A stretch of 64,000 bases of DNA from Vicugna vicugna. Lineage: Eukaryota. The DNA is taken from positions 622,001 through 686,000 of the forward strand of contig MU058337.1 in the NCBI GenBank assembly GCA_013265495.1. Direction: 5' to 3'. The notes beneath the pieces were generated by a model. The model did not search any database. It was not told the DNA's origin and was given only the letters and a program-made list of their open reading frames with translations. The position numbers were made by a program, and so were the translations under genes. Each line of letters begins with the position of its first letter. The first letter of the stretch is position 1. Below are positions 25,281 through 38,524 of this stretch, piece by piece.

Positions 25281-27099
25281 CATGGATACAACCAGAACTC
25301 ATGTGCGGAGGGAACAGAGAAGTCTTACTGGCCCACAGGAGGAACTGAGCTCAAAGAGAGTGACATGGGTGACGTGGGCAAGCTTTGAGGACACCACGGA
25401 GGACACCACGGAATATCCAGCTGGATATTCACTTGGAGCTGATGCTCTTATGTTTCCTCCCAATTCTGAGATCTCAGTGATTTTTGATTCTCCCAAGTTC
25501 AACATTTTTATTCAGAATGGCCTGGGCCCTCCTACTTTTCCAGTACCACCCTCTCCCCGCCACCAACGTTAAAACAATCAAAAAAGGTGGAAAAATGTGT
25601 TTCTCTTTACAACGTCACTCCTCCACCCACCACTGTCAGTAGTCGAGTGGACACTGAACTCTCTTCCTACCAAACTCAACAGTCACCACACTCTCCGATG
25701 GGGCCTGAGACCCATGCCAGGTCTTATCAGCCATCGAAGAAATTTCATCTGAAAACACATCTGTGTTTAAATGTCGTCACAACTGTCTTCAGCTAAGCAG
25801 GCACTGCATATACACTTTTGTGAAGGAGGTATTTTCAAAGTGTGTCACCTGCCTGTCCAGGAAGTGAAGAGAAAGTAGGTTGCCCGAACACCCGGTCTGT
25901 GACTTAAGTGCAGAATTGTCCCCCTTTATCAAGCATTGGCCCTTGATGCACGAGGAGGAGACTGGGAGGGAAAGAAGGAAAATACAGTGCCGTAAAACAG
26001 AAAATGCCATGATGTTTTTTCCTCAAGGCTGAATTTATACCTGGCTGAAATCAGGGAGCACTGTTCCTAAGTGATTGAAAGTTCTCTTTTCCAAACACAA
26101 AGACTCCACTGAGTTTTGAACCTTTCAGCACTGCCTTATCCTTGGTAATAACTCCAGCTAAGAAGTGCAAATGAGTCTGATGCCTTTGAGAACATCTGAA
26201 TGGTCTTGATGGAAGCATTGATAGGGCGAAGCGGGAAATTAATGTTGCCTTGAAAGGTGACATAAATGGGTTTCAATTACCGCCTTAGATGGACACTCTA
26301 ACTTCTGCAGATAACATCAGTCTTCCCAAAGTTAACTATGTTCCAGGCATTGAACTTAGCAAACTTGGATAAAGCAATGTCGAGAAAAAACAGCTATATC
26401 CTTTACATTGATTGATTCACTTCCTTTTCTTTGGATCAATACTTGTAATTACAGTAAAAAAACTAAAACAATAACAACAACAACAACAAAAAAACCCTGT
26501 CCTCTTGTAGGAAATCCTGCACTGCAGGCTTTTGAAGTTGTATTTTTATTTAAAAACTTCAGAGGAGGCTTTTAATCCAGACAACGGGCCAACCACAGTG
26601 GCGAGCAGAAGTCGCTGGAGGTCTTAGTGGCAGGAGTGAGTGCTGTGGACACTCACTAGAGACAGTGCTTTGCAAACTGTCTCCGCTGATGGCCTCACTC
26701 TTCCCTTGTACGTCACAACCCATGCTGGCCCCCCCACGTGACTGCACAAAGCTCGCGCGTGCCACACACAGCTCATCACCGAGTTCCAAACGCTCCACCT
26801 AGGGGCTGCTCTTGTTCAGCGGGGTGACTCCTGTGGTCACACATGGGAATGGCTTGCGTTGTCAAGTTGCTATAGAAAGTTCCAAAGCACCCCCTTTCTG
26901 TGCTCACCGTTCCATGGGCTGAAACTTACTGGCAGGGGCTGCACTTGGAGAAATACTCCTCTTTATCTAAGAACCTGGTTCGTTTTTGAGACGTTTTATA
27001 AAATGAAGCTCTTTTAGGCATGACACCATAGGCAAAGAACGTTGCTATGGACACCATCCCTGCAATCTTGGAATTCAGAGCGGGAAATAATACTGATAC

Positions 27100-27340
27100 A
27101 GACGCTTTTATATCAGACTCATAGGAGGTGAGCTGGGAAGATCAAAGCAGGACACAGATACACAAAGGAGATAAAGGGGCTGTTCAGAGTGGGGCGGTGT
27201 CCAAAGTTGTGAGGAAGGGGTATGTAAGGGCAGTTCCCAGGGGCCTGCTCTCCCGGTGAGGGGAAGCTGGAAGGAGTCAGCAGGGAGCCCTGAAGGGCAG
27301 CTTTGGGCCTTGCTGACTCTAAGCTTTACACACATTCTCT
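27100..27340 (-). mobile_element. Possible ERVL (LTR16-like) LTR relic
   Basis: gcttttatat (reverse TATA) followed by a purine-rich LTR16-like body ending gggcagctttgggccttg. Confidence 0.35.
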
Positions 27341-27414
27341 CATCATCGTATCTCATGATCAATGATAAATGGAATGCTGGCCATGAAATGGCTTCTGTAC
27401 GATAAGATTTGTAA

Positions 27415-27570
27415 TCACAGAATTAAAAGCTGCAAGAGGCTTTAGTGATTACCTAGTCATTATATGGAGTCAACTTAAATGCACAGAACTGAAGTAACTT
27501 GTTTCGGGCCCCGCTGACAGTAAAGCTGAAAACAGGGCCCTTGTCTAGGGCTTCTGACTCCAAAGATGAG
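27415..27570 (-). mobile_element. MIR (MIRc/MIR3-like) fragment
   Basis: aatcacagaattaaaagctgcaagaggctttagtgattacctagtc...gggcttctgactcca. Confidence 0.5.
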
Positions 27571-27934
27571 ATCTTTTCCTATGTCCTGGTCTGTCTCTCG
27601 TTCCATCTGGGAAGGAGATTCTTACTCTTTTCGCTTAATTATTTAAAGGCACTTCTCTTCTCTAATCTCTGCTGCATACTATACATTATGCATTAAAAAA
27701 AGTTTTTTTCCAACTAGCTTGTTTCCTCCCATGCAGGAAAGGTTAGGTTATTGAGTCATGCTGTCCTTTGACCCTGTCCTTAAAAACGCAGATACAGAAA
27801 AATTACTGGTAAATATATCATGTGCATACTGTGCACACTGGTTAATTTAAACTCTCCATTTTACCATGTTCTTACCTCCACGCTCTGTTGCTTACTGAGT
27901 TATCAGGGACTAAGCTGACAAGTTGAGGGAAGAT

Positions 27935-28145
27935 TGTGGCAGCACAGTGGTGAGAAGACTGGCTTATACACCCCTTCTCCAGTCTGCTGTGTGACCTCTG
28001 ATGATGTATTTTGTCTCTTTGCCCCTCAGTTGCTTCATCTGCAGACTGTGGATCATCCAGTGTCAACCACACAGTCCCAGTGTGAGGATGATATGGGATT
28101 GTTTATTGATGCCCTGCTGCCAGTGTCTAGCAGTACACAAATAAG
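27935..28145 (+). mobile_element. MIR SINE
   Basis: gctgtgtgacctctg...cctcagttgcttcatctgca...tgtgaggatgatatggga...cagtgtctagca. Confidence 0.65.
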
Positions 28146-30094
28146 AAACATCACTCTTCTCATTATAAGTTTATATCATTAGATTCAGTAGAAAAATATC
28201 AGAGTCCTTCAAAGAAAATAGAGGAGGAGAATACCATGTAGTGAATTAAGAAAGGCACGATGTCCAGTGATATCACTGTGCTCTGAGAGTGAACATCATT
28301 TGTTTGAGTTCATTTCCCTCAAAGGGTCATCAGTATTTGAAATGCTCTGGTTTCTGAAAGAACAAGGAAATTAGGAGGACATAATTAAATTAACAATACA
28401 TCTAAGAGTGCCATTCCCAGGCAACATGAGATGCTGCCTCGCAGTGGCCATCCCTTGTGTGGCCGTGGTCTGACTAGCAGCTCTGGGTCAGGGAGGCGCA
28501 CCCGCCACGGCAGAGACACTGCAGCTCCCACCGCCCTGCTTGGGAGCAGAGGGCCGGGGCCTGCGCCCCAGCACCGGGTCAACACGCTGGACTGTCCATC
28601 TCCTGATGGAGGTGGAGCCCGGGTGGACCTCAGGCCTTGGTGTCTGGTTTGTGGGTTAGCAAGTCAGCTCCTGTCTTTGATCGCCGACAAGACAAAGTCT
28701 TTTGAATTTAAGGAATCAAACCACTGCAGCTGTTATGAGGCAACGATTTGAAAAGCTTCTGTAGACTTTTTGCTGAAAGAAAGCTCTGTACCTTTTCATA
28801 CAAGCCTTTCACACTGTGTGACATTTTCAGTGCTTTCATTTTTTTTTTTTCATCCTTAGAGCACATGCCACAGTCAAATTACAAGTGTAGCAGTCCACCA
28901 TCTGGCAAGGCTCATTTTCCCCGAAACGGCACCGCGGCCATGGAAGATGCTTTGTATTTTACGTTTCTTCGTCCCCACGTCTGTGCCACTCTGTGTTGTC
29001 TCTCATGCTTGTTAATCACATCTTGAAAAAGAGTCTTCAAAATTAATTTCCGTGGCTCTCAAGGCTTCAGTGCATCATCCTGGACCTCAGCTTAATTCAG
29101 GATCTCTGAGCTTAGTTTGTGTTTATGGCTTGCATCTAACATATTTTTTTGGCTGGCTATTTCTTTAGCCTCTGTTTTATTGCTGTTATTACCATCTGCT
29201 TGTTTTTTTAGGGTTCCTTCCTTCTTGTTTTTGAATCCTTTTTGGGTATGTCACTTTTTGTTTATATTTCTTCCAGGGGAGAGCAGAAAAATGGAGAATA
29301 CAGGCATCAGAAAAATTCACCAAATCCAAGTATAAATGTCTGAGTTTAATTTGGTCACCAGTCCATTTGGATATATTTTTCTTAGCTCCTTACTACTGAG
29401 TCAAAGTACAATGTATAGGATGTGTGTTTATTATAGGATTAAAAGATAACTTAATTAAGGTGCGTATGAATGAAAATAATTTTATCAAGGAAAAATTCAA
29501 AGAGCTTTTTATTTTTAGTAGGGAACAGATTGACAAAATTAGGGTCTTATTTGTGTATCCTGGCTGGGGACTTTTTTGTGTATGATTAGTCCATAGAAAA
29601 CCCTGTTTCTCTTGCTCTGAAACCATCTAAAATTGTCTCATATTAAGTAGTATTTTCAATAAAAATATTCTGTTGTCCCCAAGCACATGTTTTTTATTAA
29701 CCAACTGAGGATGAAGAAAGATCAGTAGTTATAGCAAAAGCGTGCTCCTTTAGCCTGTCTCCCTGCCTGTTTCCATAGAAAGTCGTATTTAAAAATACTC
29801 TTGAGAATGCTGTTTGAAGTTCCTGTTGGACACCCTGGGGTTTGTCATATATTAATAAGATAGTTCTTCATTTTACAAAAGCCTCCATACCAACCCAACT
29901 GGAACAGAGACATCCCCAAATGATAAGGAAAACATTTGACGTATTCATGGACATTTTCCTGGGTGATTATACAGCTGCCTGCTTTTTTCCTTCATGAATA
30001 CATTTATTTCACACCAGGTAAAAGGGAACACTATAAAAGGATTATGGGCTTGGTGTAGTCTCACAACGTCACGCGTAATTCAACTCCATAAACA

Positions 30095-30340
30095 CTTCTG
30101 GCACATCTGCTGCTGGAAGGGCAGTCTCTTAGTCCCATGTGATAAAAGAGTGCAAGATACGGACTCTTCTCTCAAGCTGCGTATAATGTCGTCGAGAAAT
30201 AAGATAAATACACAACTGCTATAATGTATGTCTGGGGGTGGTAAGTTACTGAGCATTTCAGAAGGCAAAATCACATTACCTGAAGGAATAAAGAAAGTAT
30301 AGAATAAGCAATTGTCATTTGAGATGGCCTTTCATAAACT
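30095..30340 (-). mobile_element. L2 3' end relic
   Basis: taattcaactccataaacac...atgcaagatacggactcttctctcaagctg-like L2 tail. Confidence 0.45.
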
Positions 30341-30949
30341 CATTTCTGATATAAAGATCCAGTCATGTCCACACAAACAAAACCCCCAGAGACATAACCA
30401 GGAAAAGCTTTTTTATCTACTACTATTCCATATGAGATAGATGCCAGAGGGGAGTATCTGTGCTGATTTTTATAGAACTGCATTGATGCTATAAAGCTTA
30501 ACTTCATACCAAAAAATTCAAATGTGGGTTGTCTACACGGCATCTTGGAATAACTTTTATCCTACCCATCTCCTTCCAGTTGGTTGCCTAGGAATGCCAA
30601 ATTTGAGCCAATTATCCAATCGCAATGAAACTATTACAGGAACAGGCATCAAATTAATAATAACGGGCACTTGCATCATGTTTTTACATATACATTTATA
30701 GATATAGAAACACCCTTTCTGTATTTTTACATATAAAACCAAAAGGAAGTAATTAACGGGGCTAAAACTCACAATCTGTTCATTTTCTGATGGTAACATT
30801 TCAGTTGTTTCATCATGAAAAGGAAATTTGTAAAATAACCATATTGTTTTTACCCTAAACAGCAAATGGTAAAAGAGCGGAAAATAATAGAATGAGAAAT
30901 ACTTTGTGACCCTCTCTAGAATCACCTTTATAGCAATGGTCCACTAAAC

Positions 30950-31163
30950 ATGCATTGTCCAGCCCGGCAGCCAGTAGCCATGCTTGCTTTTTTAAATTTA
31001 AATTTAGATTTAAGTAGCATTTGGTAAAATAACAATTCATTTTCTCGGTTGCACTGGCCCCGTTTCAAGCGCTCAGAAGCCACGTGTGGGTTGTGGCTCC
31101 GTACTGGGCGCTACAGCTGTAGGGCGTTTCCATCGTTGCAGACAGTTCCACTGGACAGCACCA
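30950..31163 (-). mobile_element. MER3 (hAT-Charlie MITE), near full length
   Basis: tgcattgtccag...gcagccagtagcca...tttaaatttaaattt...ttgcactggccccgtttcaagcgctcagaagccacgtgtgg...tttccatcgttgcagacagttccactggacagcac matches the reverse of the remembered ~210-bp MER3 consensus along its length. Confidence 0.85.
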
Positions 31164-31344
31164 CACTTAAATTCCTTTGAGGGCAGAGCCATAAAGTTTT
31201 ATTGCTTAGGAGACAAAACAAATATCTTTCGAACAATTAATTGGAAGAGAGCCCTGACCTGGGACTTTTGGTCTCCTGGTGATTTTTCCGAGGGCGTGCC
31301 TTTGAAAACCTCTGTCTTTGGATCAATGCAAACACTAAGCTATA

Positions 31345-31428
31345 ATGACTGTAATGACAATGGTGGTGGTGGTGACGGTGGTAATAACGATCAAAACATG
31401 ATGATGACGGGGCTGATGGTGATGATAC
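31345..31428. repeat. Degenerate (GAT/GGT)n trinucleotide low-complexity tract
   Basis: tggtggtggtggtgacggtggtaataacgat...atgatgatgacgggctgatggtgatgat. Confidence 0.7.
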
Positions 31429-32198
31429 CAAATAAGAATGTCAGGAGTGAGCTGGTGGGGGTATTTGCATTTTTGTTTGTAACCTAATGAGCAGTTGCTG
31501 TCAACTCGTGGAACAAGGAATGGATTCCTAGAAGTTTGGTATGTCAGTGGTGTGGATACAGGTGATTTCACTTACGTGGGGTCCTTCACAGTCATATCTG
31601 AGGTCTGGTGAAAACCTCCGTTAGAAATGTTGTATGTTTGGGACTTACGTCCTTAGGGAATAGACGTTGAACGGTACACCATCAATGTCTGGTTGGGACG
31701 GTAACATGCTGTAAGGAATTTTAAACAGTGTAGGAAAAAGGTTGTTGAATGGTTAGTCTGAGCTTCTTAAATGGTGAAATGGCTCAGAAGAGTTTCTGAA
31801 AGCTGCATCCGAGTTAAGACTATTGATCCCATTCTAGCTGCTGACTGATGGAAATCAGTTTCACAAGAGAATGATGAAAATTTTCAAAAGGACTTTCCTC
31901 CAGGAGACATTTTCTCAGAGGCTGTAGTGATACATTTGCAATGGAGCCTGTCTCCTTCTCTCCTTTCTAGTATAAGTTATCTTGTGAAGCTCGCTTGTGG
32001 TCAGACAGCTGCTCGGTTAGCAGGCAGTCAGGTTGAAAGCTTTGATCCAGAGAGAATGTGGTAAATTATCTTCATTCTCACTGCAGAGCACACCTTGCCT
32101 GGTAACCAGAAAGACACTTGACATGTAGCTCTCTTAAGGTAGCAAACCGTGTCTTTTATTAATATTACTTAACACTAATTCCACCCTTGAGATGATAC

Positions 32199-32737
32199 TG
32201 TTATGGAACGCAGGTTTGACTGCTCACTGCTCAAAAGTCAATAATTAGAGAGGCAAGTGGCAGCAGAAAGGAAAGTTGCTTTAATCAGGAAAACCAGTAT
32301 TCTTGGGAGATGGACTCATGTCCAGAGACCAAGTCCAGAGATTCTGCTCACCTACGACAGTTTTTAAAAGAAAAAATGGGGGTAAGAATCTCAGTGAATC
32401 ATGGAGGCAGGAAGTTGGGTTCTGCATCCTCCTCCATCGTGTGCAGATCGGCTGACTCTCTTTAGATGTTATCTTGCCCCTGTGATCTGTCTGCAGGATT
32501 GCTGAGGGAGCTCTTGGAGGTAGAAAGCTAATCATTCTTTAATTACTTAATTCTTCATTCTTCTTTTTATCTGGGAAAAGAATCAACAGGTTAGTCAAGG
32601 CATGGTGGGCATTCAGGAGGGCGTAAGTCAAGAGTTAATTTCAGTTGCCTAGTGATCTCACTCCTAAACTTAGGTTCTTTTGAGGTTAGAGGAGGACAGA
32701 AGTGGGCAAACTGGAAAGGGGCAAAACAGCTGCTATA
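32199..32737 (-). mobile_element. ERV1-class solo LTR (~540 bp)
   Basis: Starts tgttatggaacgcaggtttgactgctcactgctcaaaagtcaataa; reverse poly(A) signal ATTAAA (tttaat 32280-32285); TATA-like tttttaaaag at ~32361; ends ctgctata; 4-bp TSD atac (32195-32198) / agac (32738-32741). Confidence 0.8.
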
Positions 32738-35289
32738 AGACTCTGAAGACGAAGACTCTTAACTTGGTTGTCTCTCCTCCCCTTCGCCAGCTTGTATGGT
32801 GTCTGCTGGTACAATGTGCTTGCTGTGTTAGGGCTGAGACCATTTCAGGAGATCAGGTAGAACTGAGGGAATATCCATAAAACAGACTTTTAGCCAAAAA
32901 GAAAAACAGTGACTTTAAGAGGTAGCTGTGGCCTCCAGTAAGAATCACTCTTTTCCCCCAGCAAGAGTACCCTGATTCCAGATGTAATGGAGAAAAATGA
33001 AAGCAATATATTTTTACCTAAGGGTAGACTCTTCCTTAGAAGCAAAATCTCTCCTGACTTTCAAAGGTCCCCATCATTATCTCGTTGTAAAAAATTCACA
33101 AAGCCTTTTCCAGAGAGCAGCAGATTGACTCTTGTCATCCTTTCTTTGCTGCCATCCAGAAAGCACACCTACCTGTGCGAACAGTTTGGGGGAGACTATA
33201 ATTATTTGTATTTAGAATAACTTCGATTTCCAAAATCAGGGATCATTGTGGGTCTTCTTGGTCTAGAAATCCAAAAAATGAAATATTAGAGCACACGGAA
33301 AACACAGAACATCAAAATTCTTATTCTCCAGCCGCAGATAATAGTCAGTTGTGTGGCTAATTTAAGCATACGCGCAAACTGCATTTAAAGCTATTGGGTA
33401 GCCAATAGAAACTCTAAGAAAGCCAGCTAACCCAGTTTGGAAGCTCTGCAGCTATGAACAGTGCGATCTATCCTTAAAGTACCTAGCTAGCCACACAGAG
33501 ATGTCACCAGCTCCGCCTCTGGGACAGTGGACAGGGCTGCCGCTGCAGACTTCCACCAGAACCAGCTCCGTGCATCCCTCCTGCTCTGCCTCATCAGCTT
33601 CCTGTTCACAGCGGGGGCAAGCGCTCGTGGTCGGCAGGGCCAGAGTCCTGTGCTGACCCCTCGCTGTGGGGCAGAGGCAAAAAGAGTAACTGCAATCTTC
33701 AGTTGAGGGGAGAGAGTTGGACTCTGCTTCAGGCAGGAGGGGGTTCTGAAATGAAACAACCACAACGAATGAAAAAGCCCGACTCTACATAAAATCTAGC
33801 CAAACTCCTTATCACTGACATCGGACGCATCATTTTTATGATTCACGAAAGCAAGGAAATTAAATTTTGCCAGATTATTAGATCTGCTTTAGCCTACCCG
33901 AATGGCCAAGTGACAGAATATTCGTATGAATGCACTTAATCTAAAAACCGCCGGACAAAATTCTCTCCCCATGTATGTTAAACAATTGAGCAATTGCGCT
34001 CAAATAGGAATGAGGTTAAAACTATTAAGACAGAAACATTTTTTTGTTAATGTTTTCGGTTAGAAGGTGGGAAGGTCAAAGAACTGAAGACCATGAGTAG
34101 AGCCAGTCCTTGAACACTGAGTTGAGGACGTGCACTTGTTCTGGTACAGCCTGTTCTGTATGTGTGGGGGCTGGGACTTATATTTTCTGCATTTAAAAAA
34201 TCCATCCTTTTGTTTTTCCGGGTGACGCTGTTTTGCTTGGGACTAATCCTGCTTTCAAGTTATCAAAATAAAAAGACTGCAGCAAAGGCTACATTTAAGT
34301 TTGCATTGAGAAAAGCTTTGGGGGAGATTGTGGGGGAGCAGTAGGCATTAAGAAATAAATATGGCAGTGGAATCTTTTCAGGATAAAACCCATTTACTTC
34401 AAAGAAATTCATGTGAGAAAGAAATCTAAGTAGAATACGAACCCTTATGAGGCTTAATGAAGTAACTGCTGGTATAATCTGTCTTACCGAGCTGCTTGTC
34501 CTCAGACTGTACCATCATGTATCCCTTGCAAAAGAAATAGAAGGTGAAAGAAGAAATTTATAATGTCTGGAAGGGAGCAGAGTTCTAGTTACATTTCTGA
34601 CTAATAATTTGACTTTCCCTCCCACAGAGAGAGTCGGGGAGAGCATGTTTCAGGCATTTAATTGCCTGTAAAGATTGAATCCCATTGTTCCAGAATACTG
34701 CAGACATCCAGCTTTCTCTTTCTCTGTGGTTTAGCAGGATATTGAGGATGTGTCCTTAAATGGAATGACTTGTCATTTATCCAGAAGTCTGTGTTATAGT
34801 CACTGATGTCACTGGGGTTAAAACTCAGACTCCGTGTTAAGCTTTTTGACCGCTCCTCACTGTTTTTGCCACTGCAGCACGAAGGGCCCCCGTCCCTCCC
34901 TCCCTTACACATCCGCAGTTCGTATCAGCTGGAACAAAAACTAGCCAACTCCTTTCTCACCACTACAAATCTATTACCAAATATAAGCTCTCAATGGAAA
35001 AAATAAAAATAAAAGCAAAGCATCACAAGGTTGCACTAGCGTTTTCACGAACGCATCTGTTTATATTTTCTCGTGTTGAAAGGCGTCATTGTTTCCCTCG
35101 TCCTCAGTTAGAGCCTTGGCTTTGGGATACATTGTGGGGACAGTTATGTTACTTTCTCACTTTGTTTCTTTCTAAGCCAGTGTTTTGCTTACGTTTGATA
35201 ATGCTGACATTGTGATCAGTGCCAAATTCTGTATTGTTTTATACTTGAGCATCACTGTGTAAACATGGTCCAATTTGGATGGCAAATGT

Positions 35290-35351
35290 AAATATATATA
35301 CACACACACACAAACATACGTATACACACACACATATGTATACACACACAC
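35290..35351. repeat. Compound (TA)/(CA) microsatellite
   Basis: atatatatacacacacacacaaacatacgtatacacacacacatatgtatacacacaca. Confidence 0.85.
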
Positions 35352-36079
35352 TACTGTCATCCTGTAGACTTGGCATGTGAACTTCATGCAGTGTACTGCC
35401 TTAGGCTACATAATCTGCTAATATTGCAAAGGCAAGTACCTTCTCTTATGCTGCATGCCCATCTCACAAGTACTTTCCCAGAGCTAACTGCAGTAAATGG
35501 TTTGAATTTATTTAAATTGGAGTTTCTTTTAAAAAAACAAACAAACAAAGCAACAACAGCAGCACAGACTACAGCACGCACTGGAGCTCACTGCGGCAGG
35601 CACGTCTGTTCCGCGTCCTTGTGAGGGAGGTGGTTCCACACAGAGGTAAACAGCATAAAATTCCTTGTTGGACGAAGATGGGTTTGGGTCTCACCACCAC
35701 CATTCGTAGTGTCTTGACCTTGAGAATACCTCTCTTTCTTTGTCTACCAAAGGGAGTAATATGTGTACTTCTTTCATACGATAAAAAGTTTAAATGTAAT
35801 AATGTCTTGAAAACCTGGCATAACATAAGCAAAGAGGTCAGAACATGGAGGAACCAATTTCTGTGACTTACACAGGCCAGATGTGAGACTGATAATAGAG
35901 AGACAGGTTGAAAGTCTCTGCATATTAGTTAGACCCACAGGTAGGGAGCTTTCTTCCTCCCATCCCACTCCTCCTGCAGTTAATTCTCTGGAGTAAGTGC
36001 TCCAGCGAGATGGAGACTTGGGTATCCCAATTCTAGGGGAAGGTTTAGAAATGAAAACACGAGGGTATCGTATCCTACA

Positions 36080-37612
36080 CACTGAAAGATGGAGCTCCCT
36101 GTCCTCTTATCATTTTACCTGAGAATGCCTGTGTCTAAGCAATTGTTCCCCAAAGCTAGAGATTAGCAAATTCTTCTTTGGATAAACCCAGGAATCCCAA
36201 ACAAGACCTAGTGACACTAAAACCTGGATGCCTTCGGCAAACACAACCGGCTCAAGACAAACACTGCTCCTTTAACAGATAAGACTAGGATAGGATGTAA
36301 AATAAATTGCCAGACAACTGAAAGAGGACTCTCAGAAATTGGGACTGTAATTGCTGAAAAGAAAATTAACAGAGGAATTCTAGTCTAATGTTGAGGAAAT
36401 TTCTCAAAAAGTACAGTGAAATTTAAAGAAAGAGATAGACAATAGTACAGAAGAGATTAGCGAATGAGATAAAATAATCCTGGAAGTAGTAGATCTAACT
36501 ATTTGGAATTTCAGAAAGGGAAGCAAGGAAAAATAAATGGAATATTATCAAAGAAAGAAATAATTGCATAATATATTCCACACTTGGAAAACACAAATCT
36601 TCACATTAAAGAGACCACCATGCAAGCAGAACAAGGATAAGGAAAAACCCTCGGTGAGGTACACACCCGCACCATTTCAGACTGCCAAACCTAATGCCAA
36701 AACCCAACAACATCTAAAAAAGGGGAAAAAATTCATGCAAATTGATCAGATTTAATTAAATGTCTAAAGAGCAACACTGGGAGCTTAGAGACAGAGAACA
36801 AATGCTTTCCAATTTCTGAAGGAATAAATGTTTTTTGCTGGACTTTCATAGCCAGCCAAACTATCAGAGTGAGAAGAGTAAAGATATTCTTGGACATGTA
36901 AAATTCTCAAAGAAATTTTTACCTCTCTCTCAGTATTTATTGTGACACTTCAGAAGTGATGCTCTACCAAAACAATGAAGTAGTCATGGAAGAAAAAGCC
37001 TGAGATGTAGGATACAGGGAATCTAACAGAGATGAAAAGAGGCTCCCTGTGGGACAGAACTAGAAAAGTTCCAGGGCAAAGAACCCCAGGGAAAAAATGA
37101 AACAAAACAAACAAAAAAGAAAATGGAATTTATCTGGTGCATTTGAATATAGGTGGATTAGATTATAGGACTTTGTCTTTGGGAAATTTTCACAATGGAT
37201 ATGTTTAAAAAATTATGCAAGAATAGATACAAGCCAACTGTTAACTCTAAGAAAAACAAAATTTGTACAAAGAATAAATACATGTTACAAAGTTTGGGTC
37301 CAGCAGGGAACAATATTTAAATAGTTGTAAATTATACAAGATAATTTTTAATTTAACTAAGATGTTGCTTGAGAGGGCAGAATATCCATCCACCATAATG
37401 GCAAAGTGAGTAGAGAATTTCTAAAATGTGTAATTCAAGAATTAATGTTTAAGAGTTCTTTTTTTTTTAGAAATATAGCTTCAAATACTAAAAGAAACAA
37501 CTAAAATGGGTAATAGTCATTACTTTTGAGAAGCAAGACTGGTGAGTCAGAAGGGGGTGGATAAGGGACACTTGTCATAATCAGCTTTGTAATAGAAATT
37601 GGTATTTTAAAC
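36080..37612 (+). mobile_element. HAL1 (half-L1) non-autonomous retroelement, degenerate ORF1-like region plus 3' end
   Basis: gttgaggaaatttctcaaaaagta...tttggaatttcagaaaggg...attatcaaagaaagaaata...agcaacactgggagcttagagacagagaacaaatgctttccaatttctgaagga...ccagccaaactatc...gatgctctaccaaaacaatgaagtag...tttagaaatatagcttcaaatact...aagcaagactgg: ORF1-like sequence runs into a HAL1-type 3' region with no ORF2. Confidence 0.75.
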
Positions 37613-37639
37613 TTTCTGTTGTCCTTACTAATTATAGTA

Positions 37640-37765
37640 GTTGCATCTCACATCACTACTTTTGCAGAATGAAGCTAAAAGCAAAGAAAATTTAGTAAGT
37701 TTGCTAATGTCATTTGGATGGTAAGTGTGAAAGAGCCGTAATTTAAATCAAATCTGTCTGACTCA
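37640..37765 (-). mobile_element. MIR fragment
   Basis: ctacttttgcagaatgaagctaa...agtaagtttgctaatgtca...atttaaatcaaatctgtctgactc. Confidence 0.55.
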
Positions 37766-38524
37766 CACACACACTCACTCTTTCCCTGCCTTGGGAAACA
37801 ACACAGTGTGATTTCCTTTCAAACAAAGATAAGGGTGACCAGTTGAATTGGTCATTGTGTGTGTTCATTATGGTTCACGGCTGGTTGTGGTTTTCTTATC
37901 TATTTGCTCCAAATGGGTGTGGTTTTAGGGGCTGTCTTCTTCCCAGCCAATGTGAGCCCGTTGAAATGAGCAGACTTTATCACCTGTTTCAGTTGGACAG
38001 AAGAAAACAATGGTGATTTTCCTTATGTACCTTCACCCTGTGTTCCCTCTCTCCTGCCAGGAGGGGACACTTACACAGCCCATGGGAGTTCCTGCCTCGC
38101 ATGAATATGACTGGAGTGGATCACGGCCTTTCAGTTGCCTGTTTTAGAAAGGGGGTCTGTGAACAGACAAATATCCAAGGTGATTCAGGGATAATTGAGT
38201 CTTATACTGTGGAGTCCTCTCCTAATCAGGGTTTGGCCCTCTGTAATATTTTACCTTCTCCATCAAAACAGAATCCAGTTCTCAGTAATGCACCTTCCCC
38301 AAGTAGTTCCTCTTTTTTTTTGACATTGAGTGTCGTGATAGATTCTTTTAAAGGAGATTCAACTGTAATTGGTTTAGGAAGACAAAAATCAGTGATACAC
38401 CAAACCAAAAAGGCCACATACACTACTTCCAGGAAATATGTACCATAATTCTTGATTTCCTAATTGAATGAAAAATTTGTGCCTCTGCATGTCCTTTGGA
38501 AGGCATATTCACTCTACTAGATGT

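Noticed and set aside
28430..28452. CTCF-like sequence (minus strand GGCCACTGCGAGGCAGC)
   Set aside because: Mismatches at core AG positions of the consensus.
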